This document shows positions 24,401 to 36,400 of a stretch of DNA of 64,000 nt, one piece after another; position 1 is the stretch's first letter; every line of letters starts with the position of its first letter. The position numbers were made by a program, and so were the translations under genes. Source of the DNA: Leptogorgia sarmentosa (Eukaryota); assembly GCA_964658305.1 (NCBI GenBank), contig OZ210885.1, positions 682,001-746,000 on the forward strand. The letters run 5' to 3'. The notes under the pieces are model-generated. The model was not told where the DNA came from, did not search any database, and was given only the letters and a program-made list of their open reading frames with translations.

Positions 24401-27400
24401 TCTTTTTCAACCAACTCAACGCGGAACGCCTACCAGGCTATCCTAAAAACAGCGGTGTCAACGCAACAATCAAGTTCTACGTTGATTATCCAGAAATTGT
24501 AAGAACAGGATCACTTCCGAAAACAACACTGGCATCCATAGTGTTTGCAAAGTTAGAGAGCTTTCAAAATGCCACTGGTTATTGTATTATTCTCAATACT
24601 CCTGTTACCCCAGACGCCCCGGCAAATCCAACTGTTGATCAAAGAGATAACGCAATCGTGTTACAAATAATTGGCTTCAGTAAAGCTCAGGTATTTCCTA
24701 CAGCAATAAAGTTCTAATTATATTGCACCTCACACACCATTGTGTAGGAACTTTATACCCTTATAGTTTTTCTCGACCGGGATTTTCGACTTTCATCGAG
24801 GGTAACTTTTTATCGAATACCACTCGTTAGAGATATAACTGCATGATTTGTCACGCGGATGTCTCGTGGATATAAAACGCCATTTTTTCCCATTGACTCC
24901 ATGACACATCATGCCATAAATTCTGACAATCAAAAATGTCGTTTTCCATAAAAACGATCCTTAGGAAAAACGGTTTAAATAGTTTAAACTACACCGTACA
25001 CAACTATAAAGAAAGCGAACACAATTAATTGCAGACCCTGATTTATCATCTTTTTCTCTTGCAGTGGACAATAAGTTATGATAACATATTCCGCCGTTCG
25101 ATTGCTCTTAGCCTGACAAGCTACTGCAACATTGATGAGTATTCTCGTACTCAGGACTGTGAATTCTCAGGGTTAGTATGTTGCTGTTTTTTCTATGTGG
25201 TTATGAAGTGTTTGATTTTATCATGTCGTGAAAAATTAATTAATGATTTTTAACTAATGATTTTTTGTTTTGTTATCTGATCACTACTAGCGCGTGCTTT
25301 GCCGTAGTTGTTCGTAGCGCAATTAGATTAAACGACGTAAATGTCAAATTTATTTTACAATCCATCGAATTTTTAACCCTATAGACATGAAGTTGTATAA
25401 GGGTTCTTTTCAGGTTGAAAAAATATGTTTTTATCGTTTAATAAACACACAGCCCTTATGAAAAATACACATGTGTTTCACATGTGAATCACATGTGAAT
25501 CATATGTGAATCACATGTGATTGTTCCAACTCCACATGTGTTTCACATGTGGGTTTTTACATGTGTATTTTTCGTAAGGGAGACGTGCCGGATATTTTAG
25601 ACATATATCCACCGTTAATGTTATCCACCAATTAATGTTTAATTCGCACAGTTGTTGAAGCTTTTTAGCCAATCAGCGTCCAGGAAATTGACAACAATGA
25701 TAACATTGAGAGAAGAGAACATTGATAACAAAAACTTATATAAAAAATTTCAGGTCGGGGACAAGCTATAACCTCACTCATGTTGCACGACTTCCTGGAT
25801 ATCCCAAAGACGCTGCATCGAATATTGTTAACGTTTCGTTTTATGTCACAAACCCGAGTACATCAACTCCAGTTCCACGAAAAGTACTTGCATCAATGTT
25901 GCTCACTCAGGAGTCAATTTTAGAGAACGCGCTTTCTCAGCAAGTAGTATTACAAACCTTTGCTGGACCAGATACTCCACCAGTAGCAAGCAGTGAGCAA
26001 ATTAATAACAGTGTGGTAATTCGAATATCGTCATTTTCACGAGAACAGGTGTGTATGAATTTCATACTTTGCATGATGATTTATATTGATTTGTTTCTCG
26101 CGTGCGCTCTGACTGTTATTATTAAGTTTATCTCGAATGATGGCCCGAATCTGAAGGCCGAAAGGTCGATCAGATTTTTAAAATTGAGTCAACATGATGT
26201 TTCGGCCCCAAATTGTTTTTATAATTAATCTATATATGTGTATGAATTAAAAGAAAATTATACTTCGTACTTAGTCGACGTTTCAAATATTGGTCGCTTG
26301 CCCGCGGGGCTGAACCGAATGATTTTAATCTCGTGAAAAATCGTTCGCGCGGACACGCCAAGAAAGTTGAATGTAGTTCAACCTCGAAATGTTCCGCGTG
26401 CGCAAAAGCAGACAGAGAGCGCCATGATTTCACAGCTATATAGCAAAAGTTGAAATATGTTTGCTCTAGCTGTCCGCGTGGACAATGCGACTGCAATGGA
26501 AAACGGCCTAATACCGTCAATGTTACTCACATACAATAATCTGCACTCTGACGCAACTTTCATGCTCCCATAAGAACACGATATAATCAAGAAATATCAT
26601 CTCTCATCAGGACTAATGATACCTGTCATAATGCGTTGTTTTATTATGCATCCATCATGCAAGTCACTGCTTGAATGCCTTTTTTTCGTTTTCGTTACAG
26701 TGGACATATCTGAATGATCGCCGTTTAAGAAGAGCAATATCAAATCGGATCACGAACTTCTGTAACCAGACTAGCCAACGTCGTCTCGATTGCCAAATCA
26801 CAGGGTAAAATATTTACTGATATACGGCCTGCGCATGCGTAACGGATGATCAACATGAACAAGCAGCGCACGTTTCCTTTCCCCTCAAAGACCCTTTTTC
26901 ACACCCTTTCATGACGAATGGCTTTTGAATATTTTTTAGCGTTTTCCACGTTCAGGACGTTACATCACGTCATATATATAGCATCTTATATATACAATGA
27001 TTTCTTTTTGCAGTGACGCTGTGTTGTTCACGGAAACTGACGTGCACCGAACATCATCAGCCACGCCTTCCAATGTCGCTGGTAACAGTATCGACTACAG
27101 TTTTTACGTCAACTACCCCAATCAAAATGTTCCAATTGTTGGCAATATATTAGCATCGATTGTGAAATATGAATTGCAAGCAATGCAATCGGAGTCTGCT
27201 CTTTTCTTCTCCCTGGAAACATCGTTCAGTCCTTATACACCCTCGCCGCCAACATCAGATCAGTCCAGCAATACTGTAGAGATCAGGATTTTTAATCAAT
27301 CGTCTACTGAGGTTTGTAATCTTTGTAATGTTTGCCCTCGTTTAAACGTATATCATATTCTGTTCCACGCACGTATATATATTCGTCCCATATTCGTTAA

Positions 27401-30400
27401 TTTTTCGTGTAAACATAAACAAACTCTCATAATAATGAGTAATGACAACTTCTGTTCAATTGACTTTTTCCAATTTCCTTGCAGTGGACGGCTATTAAAG
27501 ACAACAGATTCAGAAATTCAACAGCAAACCAAGTTGGTGCTTATTGTTCAGATTGTTTGATTGCGTGCGTCCTAATGACAAGGTAAAGACCGTAAAGTCT
27601 TAAAGTTCAGACAAACTGGCTAAGCGCTGAGTGCACGAGACATGTGATCATTGCTTCTGATGCAATATTTCCCAGAATATTATAGCGGCAATACCACATT
27701 ACATTTTAACTCCAAATATTGCTACCAAAATATACTTTCTACCAAATTGCCCTGATTATTCTGTAAAATAATGGTTTAAAATGAAATTGAATATATGTAT
27801 ATTATGTAATTTGTTAGGTATGCATTAGTTATGATTATGGTAAAATCAAGTATAAGTGACATGTTTATTAAATATTCTGTATTATTTTAGTGACCTGACA
27901 TCGTTCTCACCATCAAACGTGACTCGGATTCAAAGTTCCCCTGTGCAAGACGGATATCATGTCATTTATACTTTGTTTGTTGACTATCCATCTGGCAGAG
28001 GACCAATTCAGCAAAATTTACTGGCAGCAATTTTAACAATTCGACTTGAAAATATTGAGAACGAAACCAATATGAGACTTGAAATAATCACATCAATTCT
28101 GGCACCGTCTCCTACTGCTCCCGACTCAAATAAAACTGGCGAGTCAGTTACCATGGTAGCACGTAATATTAATGCCTCGCAGGTAATTAACAAATATAAC
28201 TTCGTTGAGGCAATGAGACTGAATTACTTTTATTTCACGAAATGTCTTGGAATCAGAAGTATACCAACTGTATACTGATTCTGAATACACCTCGAGGGAG
28301 CTCTGTATTCAATTTTACAAACCAGAGTAGCGAACAGCACATGAGTGTATACTGATAATCTCCGCGGTATGTCCTTCAGGTCACATTTCATTTCTCATAT
28401 AAACAGTTGATCATAAACAAATGTAACTCCACTACTAATCTTTGTAATAAAATAATTACGATTTTGGAGAATATTTCTCAAAGACACAAAATCGTCTGTT
28501 TGTTTAAAAGTGATGTGTAGCAAATTTGGCTATAAATTATCTCAACTTCGAAATAGACACTTGCTGGATTTGCTTGCATGATTGCATACAAAACAACTTA
28601 AAACTTGAAATTGAGGCAGTGCATATAAACCGCATTTTCTGTACCAGTTTACATTGCACACATAAATTTTGGACTATTCTTTGTGTTTATTTGAGGTAGT
28701 TCGTGGAAGTTTCCACTGGTGATTATACTTCTGCATATACAATAAGTAGTATTCCCAACACCAGTGTAAATTCACACAAGTATGCTAGCTATTGCAAATG
28801 CTATAACGAAGTAAAGAATTTATGGAATATTTTATGTTTGACCTTATTGTATGTTTGAGGCTTCGGCCATATCAGCTATCACCTCATAGAAATCTGGAGT
28901 TCATAACCTAATTAAATTGTTTTTCTGTTTCAGTGGTCAGCCATTCAAGATAACAAATTCCGTGGTTCTGTTGCCAAGGCAATTGGCGAATATTGCACAG
29001 CAAATGATGCACAACGTGATGAATGTGACCTTCCCACGTACGTTTTTGACTAATTTATCTCATTTTATCACTTCCTATACTACTCTTGAATCTAGGAAAT
29101 GGCGAATTTATTTTATTTATTTTTACTCATTTAGAAAAATTATTATATAATTATTCTTTGCCTGGCGTTTGACGTTTGAACGTGTAGCTTAAACTCTCTA
29201 GTTATAATTCACATAGCGGAGACGTTTGAAAATTAGAATTTCTCGCCACAAAAGTATGTATGAATGTTTGCCGACCTCTTACTGTTATTTTAATAAAGTT
29301 TTCAAATACTCGCGTTTTTCATCCTTCCATGTTATGCGACATTAGATGGCGTCACCATTTTTGAAGCTGCTCAAAGATTAAAAGATTATTTATTCGGTTG
29401 CATGACAAACAAGAAATTTCGGAAATATCACAATTTTTCTATTAGCTATCACTTTGTGGTTTTCAAAAAATTTGTGCCCGTAAATTTAGGCATCTTTCTG
29501 AAGTTAACGTTTCTTCACCTCATTGAACACAGACGGTAGAAGTGACCTTTTTTGATAAAACTGAGTTGTCAATAATTCTTGATATCAGAATGAGTAAACT
29601 GCATGTAGTCAATGACAAAATCAAAATGCGGTAAAGTTGCACTCGCTACCTGAATTATACAACAAGATGTAACGTTCTCTAGCTGGGTTCTTCGTCCGGA
29701 ATTTGTGTGGGTGGTCGAGAGAAAGTACCCGTAATCTAAAACAAATGCACCACACATGTTAAAATAACATGTGACAAATTTAAAAGTGGTTGAACCAACA
29801 ATGTATTAAGGCATCATATAGTTTCCTTTTTATTTCCAGGCCAAGAAGAAGAAAACGAGCTGCAACGTAAGTGCATAAGCTAACTTATTTCACTTCATGA
29901 AACTAGTGACCTCCATGTTCTTTAAATTATACTACCACTGGGTGATATTGCCTCTTTTATACTTCCCAGACTAACGTGGCAAAACTTTATGTTGTGCCTT
30001 CAAAACTGGGAGCTTATTTTCATCCCCTCCCCTGATCTACCTTTACATTGCATTTAAATTTTATTCTCTTTAGAAATGACGCTTCGTTTACACAAGATCA
30101 CGTCCAACGTGTCCCAGGTTCACCCTCACAAGATGGCGCTGATTCTGAAATCGAATTTTATGTTAATTATCCTGGTGGTGGTACAATGTCTAAAGAAGTT
30201 TTATTTTTGATCATGAATGAGAAAACCGACTCTATTGCCAATAATACTGAAATGGCTCTTGTGTTGATAACTCCCGAATTTCCAACACCTCGTCCAGCAA
30301 CACGCAGTCAAAATGAAAGCGCTGTCTCTGTTGTATTGAAGAATTTCCAAGTGGGCGAGGTTTGTTTGTCTAGAAATTAAAAAGAAGAAATTAGTGTCTG

Positions 30401-33400
30401 ATCGACACTGTTGAGCTTCAAGTTTAAAATCTCCGTTTACATGCATCTCTCTTTAGGCCCGTTTACACACAATTTTGCTGCGATTTCTATAGTGCGGTTG
30501 TCTCCTTTTGATCGATGTAAACGAGAAAACCAGTCACGAATTTTCCAGCGAAAACATGCACTCAGCGTGTTACTTTGTTATCATTCTACTCAATCACATC
30601 TTTCAGAATGAGAAAATCGTCAGCGCGGCTTTTGCCAGCACAGTAATCAGAGTGATAATTTGTTGATAAACAAGTTTACCCTCACCTAACTCCCAGGCCG
30701 AATGACGTAATGGTAACAAAGCGTGAAGAAGAAATGTAAAAACAATTCAAAATGTCCAAATTTTGGATGAGATAAACGATAGCTGTAACGACAACTATAA
30801 CAATGTCAATATGCAGAGTGACGTTAACTTATTTCAAACTTGCCTGTTCTTTTAGTGGCCTGCCAGAGATTTGCTGTTCCGAGAGAATATGGCCAAAGAA
30901 ATTCAGGACTTTTGTAGCACTTATAACACTCTTTGTAACATCACAGTGTGAGTATTGTAATATCACAGCATTATAGACATCGTTTCTCAATTCCGAGCAA
31001 GTCACATGGTTGCAGGTTCTTACGTATTATATACTATACTGTAACAGCAAATGTAAGAACAAGTTGTTAAATTTAACATTAATTACAAATGCTCGTGTGA
31101 GTTAATTTTCATAACATTACTGAATCACTTTTTCCATTAATTCGTGTTGTTCAGATCTGTGTAGTTGTACATAATTACTCCCTTTGTCAGCGATATTCGT
31201 TTCTCTTTCAGTGATGACCTGAACAGCCTCACAAGTGCTGACATTCAAAGACTGCCAGGTTCTCCATCACAAAATGGCACCAATTCAATCCTCAAATTTT
31301 ACGCACAGTTGACAAGCGGTAGAATTATTCCTAAAACCATCTTGGCCACCATCTTCGTAGAAAGACGGGAAAAAATATTTTCACTTGACAGCAGTCTGGA
31401 AGATTTCACAGAAAGTTTTACATCTGATGAAACAGTTCTTACTCCAGAACAACAAAATAATACAGTTCCTATTAAATTAATCAACTTTCCTCGTTCAAAG
31501 GTGAGTGCAGCAGGTCTGGGATGGTTGATTTCTTGGTGTTTGAGGTGTATACGTATTTCTGATTTATTCAGTCCCATTTTTCGCAAAATGTGCCTTAATT
31601 CTTAGAAGACTATGTTTGTCTAAAATGAAAAAAAATTCAATACAATTTGGGAAAGTTGTTTTTAATTTTGTTGACACAACCATGAGCATATATTTTCTTA
31701 AGTATTTTTATTTATATATTAACGTTATAATTAAATTCAAGCCATTTTGTTGAATTACACTTTACGTGAAATATATTTCATTGTGATTATGTTACGCTGT
31801 GTTCCCTTGCTAATATAGTTAACATCGTTGCGAAAGATGGATATCAAAGCGTCAGTTGCACGAAGAATGAATATCTTTTGCTTTACAACAGCTGCAGATA
31901 CGTGCGGTATTACTAGGTAGGACAATCAATGTTCTTACTATTTTCTACCATTTTTAGAACATGAAATGCACAACAGGAATAAGTTTTAGGCAACAGATAA
32001 TGAATCCTGTTGTATGAAAAAATAATTAGGTCTAATGTAATGGTGTCCTAGCTGCTTGTTAATAATTATTGAAGAATAATAAGTATAAACTGCAGTCATT
32101 GCCGAAATGAAAGTGATTGACGAACGCTGGAACGTTATAAGGCATCATATTTCTTTTTATTTCCAGGCCAAGAAGAAGAAAGAGAAATACGAAGTAAGTG
32201 CATCACCTAAATCATTACAATTTCAACTCGTGAAACTAGTGACCATTGGTTTTTCCAAAAACTTTAATATTAGTGACGGCTCTTAATTGAATATAAAGAA
32301 TGTGGTGTTGCGACAAAATAATGAAAGATGATAAATAACATTTTTCACTGGAAGAGTGTTCGTTCTGAACTACGTTGGTGTCAGTGTAGCAACAAGGCGG
32401 CAACGTCAAATGGTATATCTACTTCAACACTGAGGAGGTCTCGATATAACTATAACATTTGACATTGTTTCTTTAATAAAAAAATCATAGCTAATCTTGT
32501 CATGTTATTGTAAGTACCAACCATCCGTCGATCTATACGTACAAGAGATAATAGATAACAGAAATAATACAGAAATAATAGGGCCGGTTGTGCGAAAGTC
32601 GGATAACTTTATCCACTGCAGAATATATGAGTTATCATGTTTTCCATGAACGTTCAATTTAATTGGTAAATGATATTTTGCCAGGATTTTGTACTGAGAT
32701 TTTGAGAGGATTTTGTACAGTCATCTGAGGTGGTCCCATTATGAACTGTGCTTTACACTTCCTTTAAAATTACTATGACGCACCATCTGGGATCTAATAA
32801 ATGCAATTAAGATCTAAATCAATTACATCTCTAAAATGCTCACATGTATTTCCAGCAGTGAACAATTCAGTGATAATGACGTCATAGTTACCGACTCCGT
32901 CATGGCAGCCGGAAATGATACAGTTACCCAAGTTGTTGTGAACGAACCAGGAGAGAATAACCCAGTTGCAGCTAATATTGTTGAAGAAGCAATGCGTGAA
33001 TCCATTGAAACTGATAACACATCACTCATTACTGGTTTACAACTTGCTCTTGTTAATACACCGGAAGTAATTACAACCAATCAACGTTCCAACGCAGTCA
33101 GTGTTCGCTTACCAAACACTCAGGCGAGTGAGGTGAGTTGACTCATTAATCATTCAACGAAACTTGTCCAACAGGAAATCCGATTGGGAAAAAATCCCTA
33201 ATGTGAAAGCGCGCAGCAATTTTTTCTTGAAAATTGAACTTGTTATGGAATTAGTTTTAATCCTGTATTATTATTTCCATTGAAATTAAACCATGTTGTT
33301 CAAATGAATACATTTTAGTGGCAATTTGAGGATGAAATATCATTCAGAGATAATATGTCAGACGCCATTAAACAATTTTGTGGAATGAGTGCGTTACATC

Positions 33401-36400
33401 TGGATTTGTGTGGCCTTACTAGGTATGTATCATTTAAGGAATGACAATGAGCTCTTCGGGCTCGTGTTTCCACACATTTATCATTTCCTCCCCAGCAAAG
33501 TAATTTTGGTTTCTTTTGCAAGTATACCCTGCACGTATCGGAGTTTGTTGCTGCGGAAGGAAATGCAAATCACACATGTTATTGTAAATCGTATCCGCGT
33601 CACCCCAACATTAAGTTACAATGTTTTGTCCAGATCAAACGGAAATTTGTCAACAAACAAACTGGTGTCTAATTGAGCATGTTGTTCCTTAATTCTGATA
33701 GTGTTCGGTCCATCGCGTTTATCGTCAATTTGAGCTGTATGCATGTGGATCAACTGCTCTTGAGTTTCCCTTGCTTCTCGATATCCACCCGTTAACAAAG
33801 ACCTCAACGGGTAGTACCCGATATTTCTTAATTGAGAACATGGGTAATGCCCACGCTGGACTATCGTCTAAGTAGTCTGGCCTGGTAAATTATGAATAGT
33901 GATTGCCCGGGTCTATAATCATATGCATTTAGCCAGGCCAGGATGGTTAGCAGCGAGGTGGAATTAGTTCAAGTGATTTTTATATCTAACACTAATATAA
34001 CTATATCAAGAGTAATACTGAAACGCCGACCAGCAATCTTAGGCGATAGTCCAGCGTGGGCATTACCCGTGTTCTCAATTGAGAAATATTGGGTACTACC
34101 CGTTGAGGTCTTTGTTCAATGACTGCGATATCAACCTGGAAAAATACGGCTTACAGCAATTATCTCATTATTTCATTATAGTGCTCAAGTTAATGAAATC
34201 CAACCCTTGAATGTGAGGACATTGCCTGAATCTCCAAGTCAAAATGGAACAGACACCATACTGTCGTTCTTCGTGGATCTTCCCAGTGGAACAACTATGC
34301 CTTTGGAACTTTTAACAACAATATTCATGTCATCTCCAAACGTTCTTTCACAACCAAACAGTGTTATTTCAGCCACAAGCGAAAACCCTGTGCTTACAGA
34401 TGCTGGGACTAAAAACCTCGTTCCATTGTCCATAATTATCCCAGCAAACCAGGTAAAATATCCCCAACAGTTTCTTCAATCAGTTTCTTTCAACTTTGAG
34501 ATCAACATTGCGTGCTTTTAATGGAATTAACTTTAGTACATAGAATTCATAAGGATTCCTTCAAAAAATCTCAAAGAGAAAAGGGTGAAAAGTTCAAACG
34601 CGTCTCATGTCAAAATGCTTCCAAATTCCACATGTCGAGGAAGAAGTGACCTCATTTTCCTTGATTTCGGAGATAACATGTCCCTATTTGTTCAAAGATT
34701 TGTCCTTTTTTTTACATTCGAGCAAACATCCTCCGACTTAGACCCGCTTTGTGCAGTCTTTTCTGATTGCATCATTGCATCCTCCGTCGCGGAACATGTG
34801 TCCCATCGCCGCGGCGGCCCTTCGAGGCGAAAACATAGACTTTCTCGACGGCCTCCTTGTAGCATGCACGACGAGGGCGCCGCGATTGCCGCCACGAACC
34901 GGGCCGGCATTTAATGTCCGGAGGATGTCCGGTGAAATGAGTCTGTTTCTGCGATCGTTCCCTTGTGCCGCCGTCATCGTGCGGCAAGCACCTCACCAGC
35001 TGATGCGCGAATTGGCGACGTGTCTCATTCGGCGAGGTAGAAGAGGGATCGGATGCTTTTGTTTGCGAACGACGGCTCTGCTTCTCTTTTGCCACCCCGG
35101 TGGCAAAACCGGTGTAGAAGTTCACGAAGTACATGTGTGTGTACATGTACAAACGTGTGGTGTGTAGTGTTGTGTATCATGTCCCTTGGAAAAGGTTATT
35201 CCTCAGGAAAGAAATGTTTCTCTTTCCGAACTCTTCTTCAAGATCTAGATCTTGAGTTATTTTTGTTTTATACCATGATGAATCCATCAGGCTTTCTAAA
35301 TGAGTGTTCATGCTGCACTTTAATTTAATCGCCATATACACGTTTTGTTTTGGGTTTTTTTCAGGATGTAAGACTGGATATCCAAGTTTCAATCGCCCAC
35401 AGATTCAATGAACACTGTAAAAACAATTTCAATGCCGAAATTTGTCCCAGCAGCCGGTAAGTATTAGCAGGACATTGTTTGGTATAAATGAAAGTTCTTG
35501 TACATTTTAATACCAAAATGCACAGCGATGGGGAATGGAAATTTAATTGAAACGAGATGCAATCATCTTGTCCGATGATGTTTTAAAAAACGACCATTTG
35601 TGGCTTGCTTTCACATTTTGCTTTTGTATTTTCTTATTTTTTTATACTTGTTTATTTTCTTTGATTTCAGGAACTTCACCAAAGATGATATTCGTGTTGT
35701 TATTCATCGTAACAATGGCTCTGTCAGTTTTGTGGTCACTGATCCCGATACTGGATCAACACTTCCCGTGAACCAAATACAAAAATCAATCAGTGGAAAG
35801 TTCAATTCCATAATTTACGGTCTACCTTATACACTGGAAGTTACAACCAATCAACGTTCCAACGCAGTCAGTGTTCGCTTACCAAACACTCAGGCGAGTG
35901 AGGTGAGTTGATTCATTAATCATTCAACGAAACTTCTCAAACAGGAAATCCGATTGGGAAGAAATCCCCAATCTGAAAGCGCGCAGAAATTTTTTTCCTG
36001 AAAAACGTAAAATCATTGAATTACACGAGCAAAGGCTCCTAGGGCGAGCGAATGACGTAATAGTAATAATGAAAATGGTGAATACAAACAAAACGGCAAG
36101 GTGAAATATTAAAATGTTTTTAAAAGATTGGCGCGATATCTGCAGAGTGGCGTTAATTTATTCTAACATTGTACCTTTAGTGGCCTGCAAGAGATTTGCT
36201 GTTTCGACAAAATATGTCCAAAGAAATTCAGGACTTTTGTAACACTTCAACATACCATCGTACTCTTTGTAACATCACAAAGTGAGTATTTTGGATACGT
36301 CAGAAATACAACATTAGACATTGTTCCTCAATTTCGAGCAATTGTAATGGTAAAAAATTATAAAAACTTTGTTATCGTTAATTTTGCTATCCTTTTGTCA

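Noticed and set aside
34585..35328. Overlapping GC-rich ORFs as a nested gene
   Set aside because: ORFs in several frames are expected from high GC content; no motif, and the segment is missing from the sister intron.
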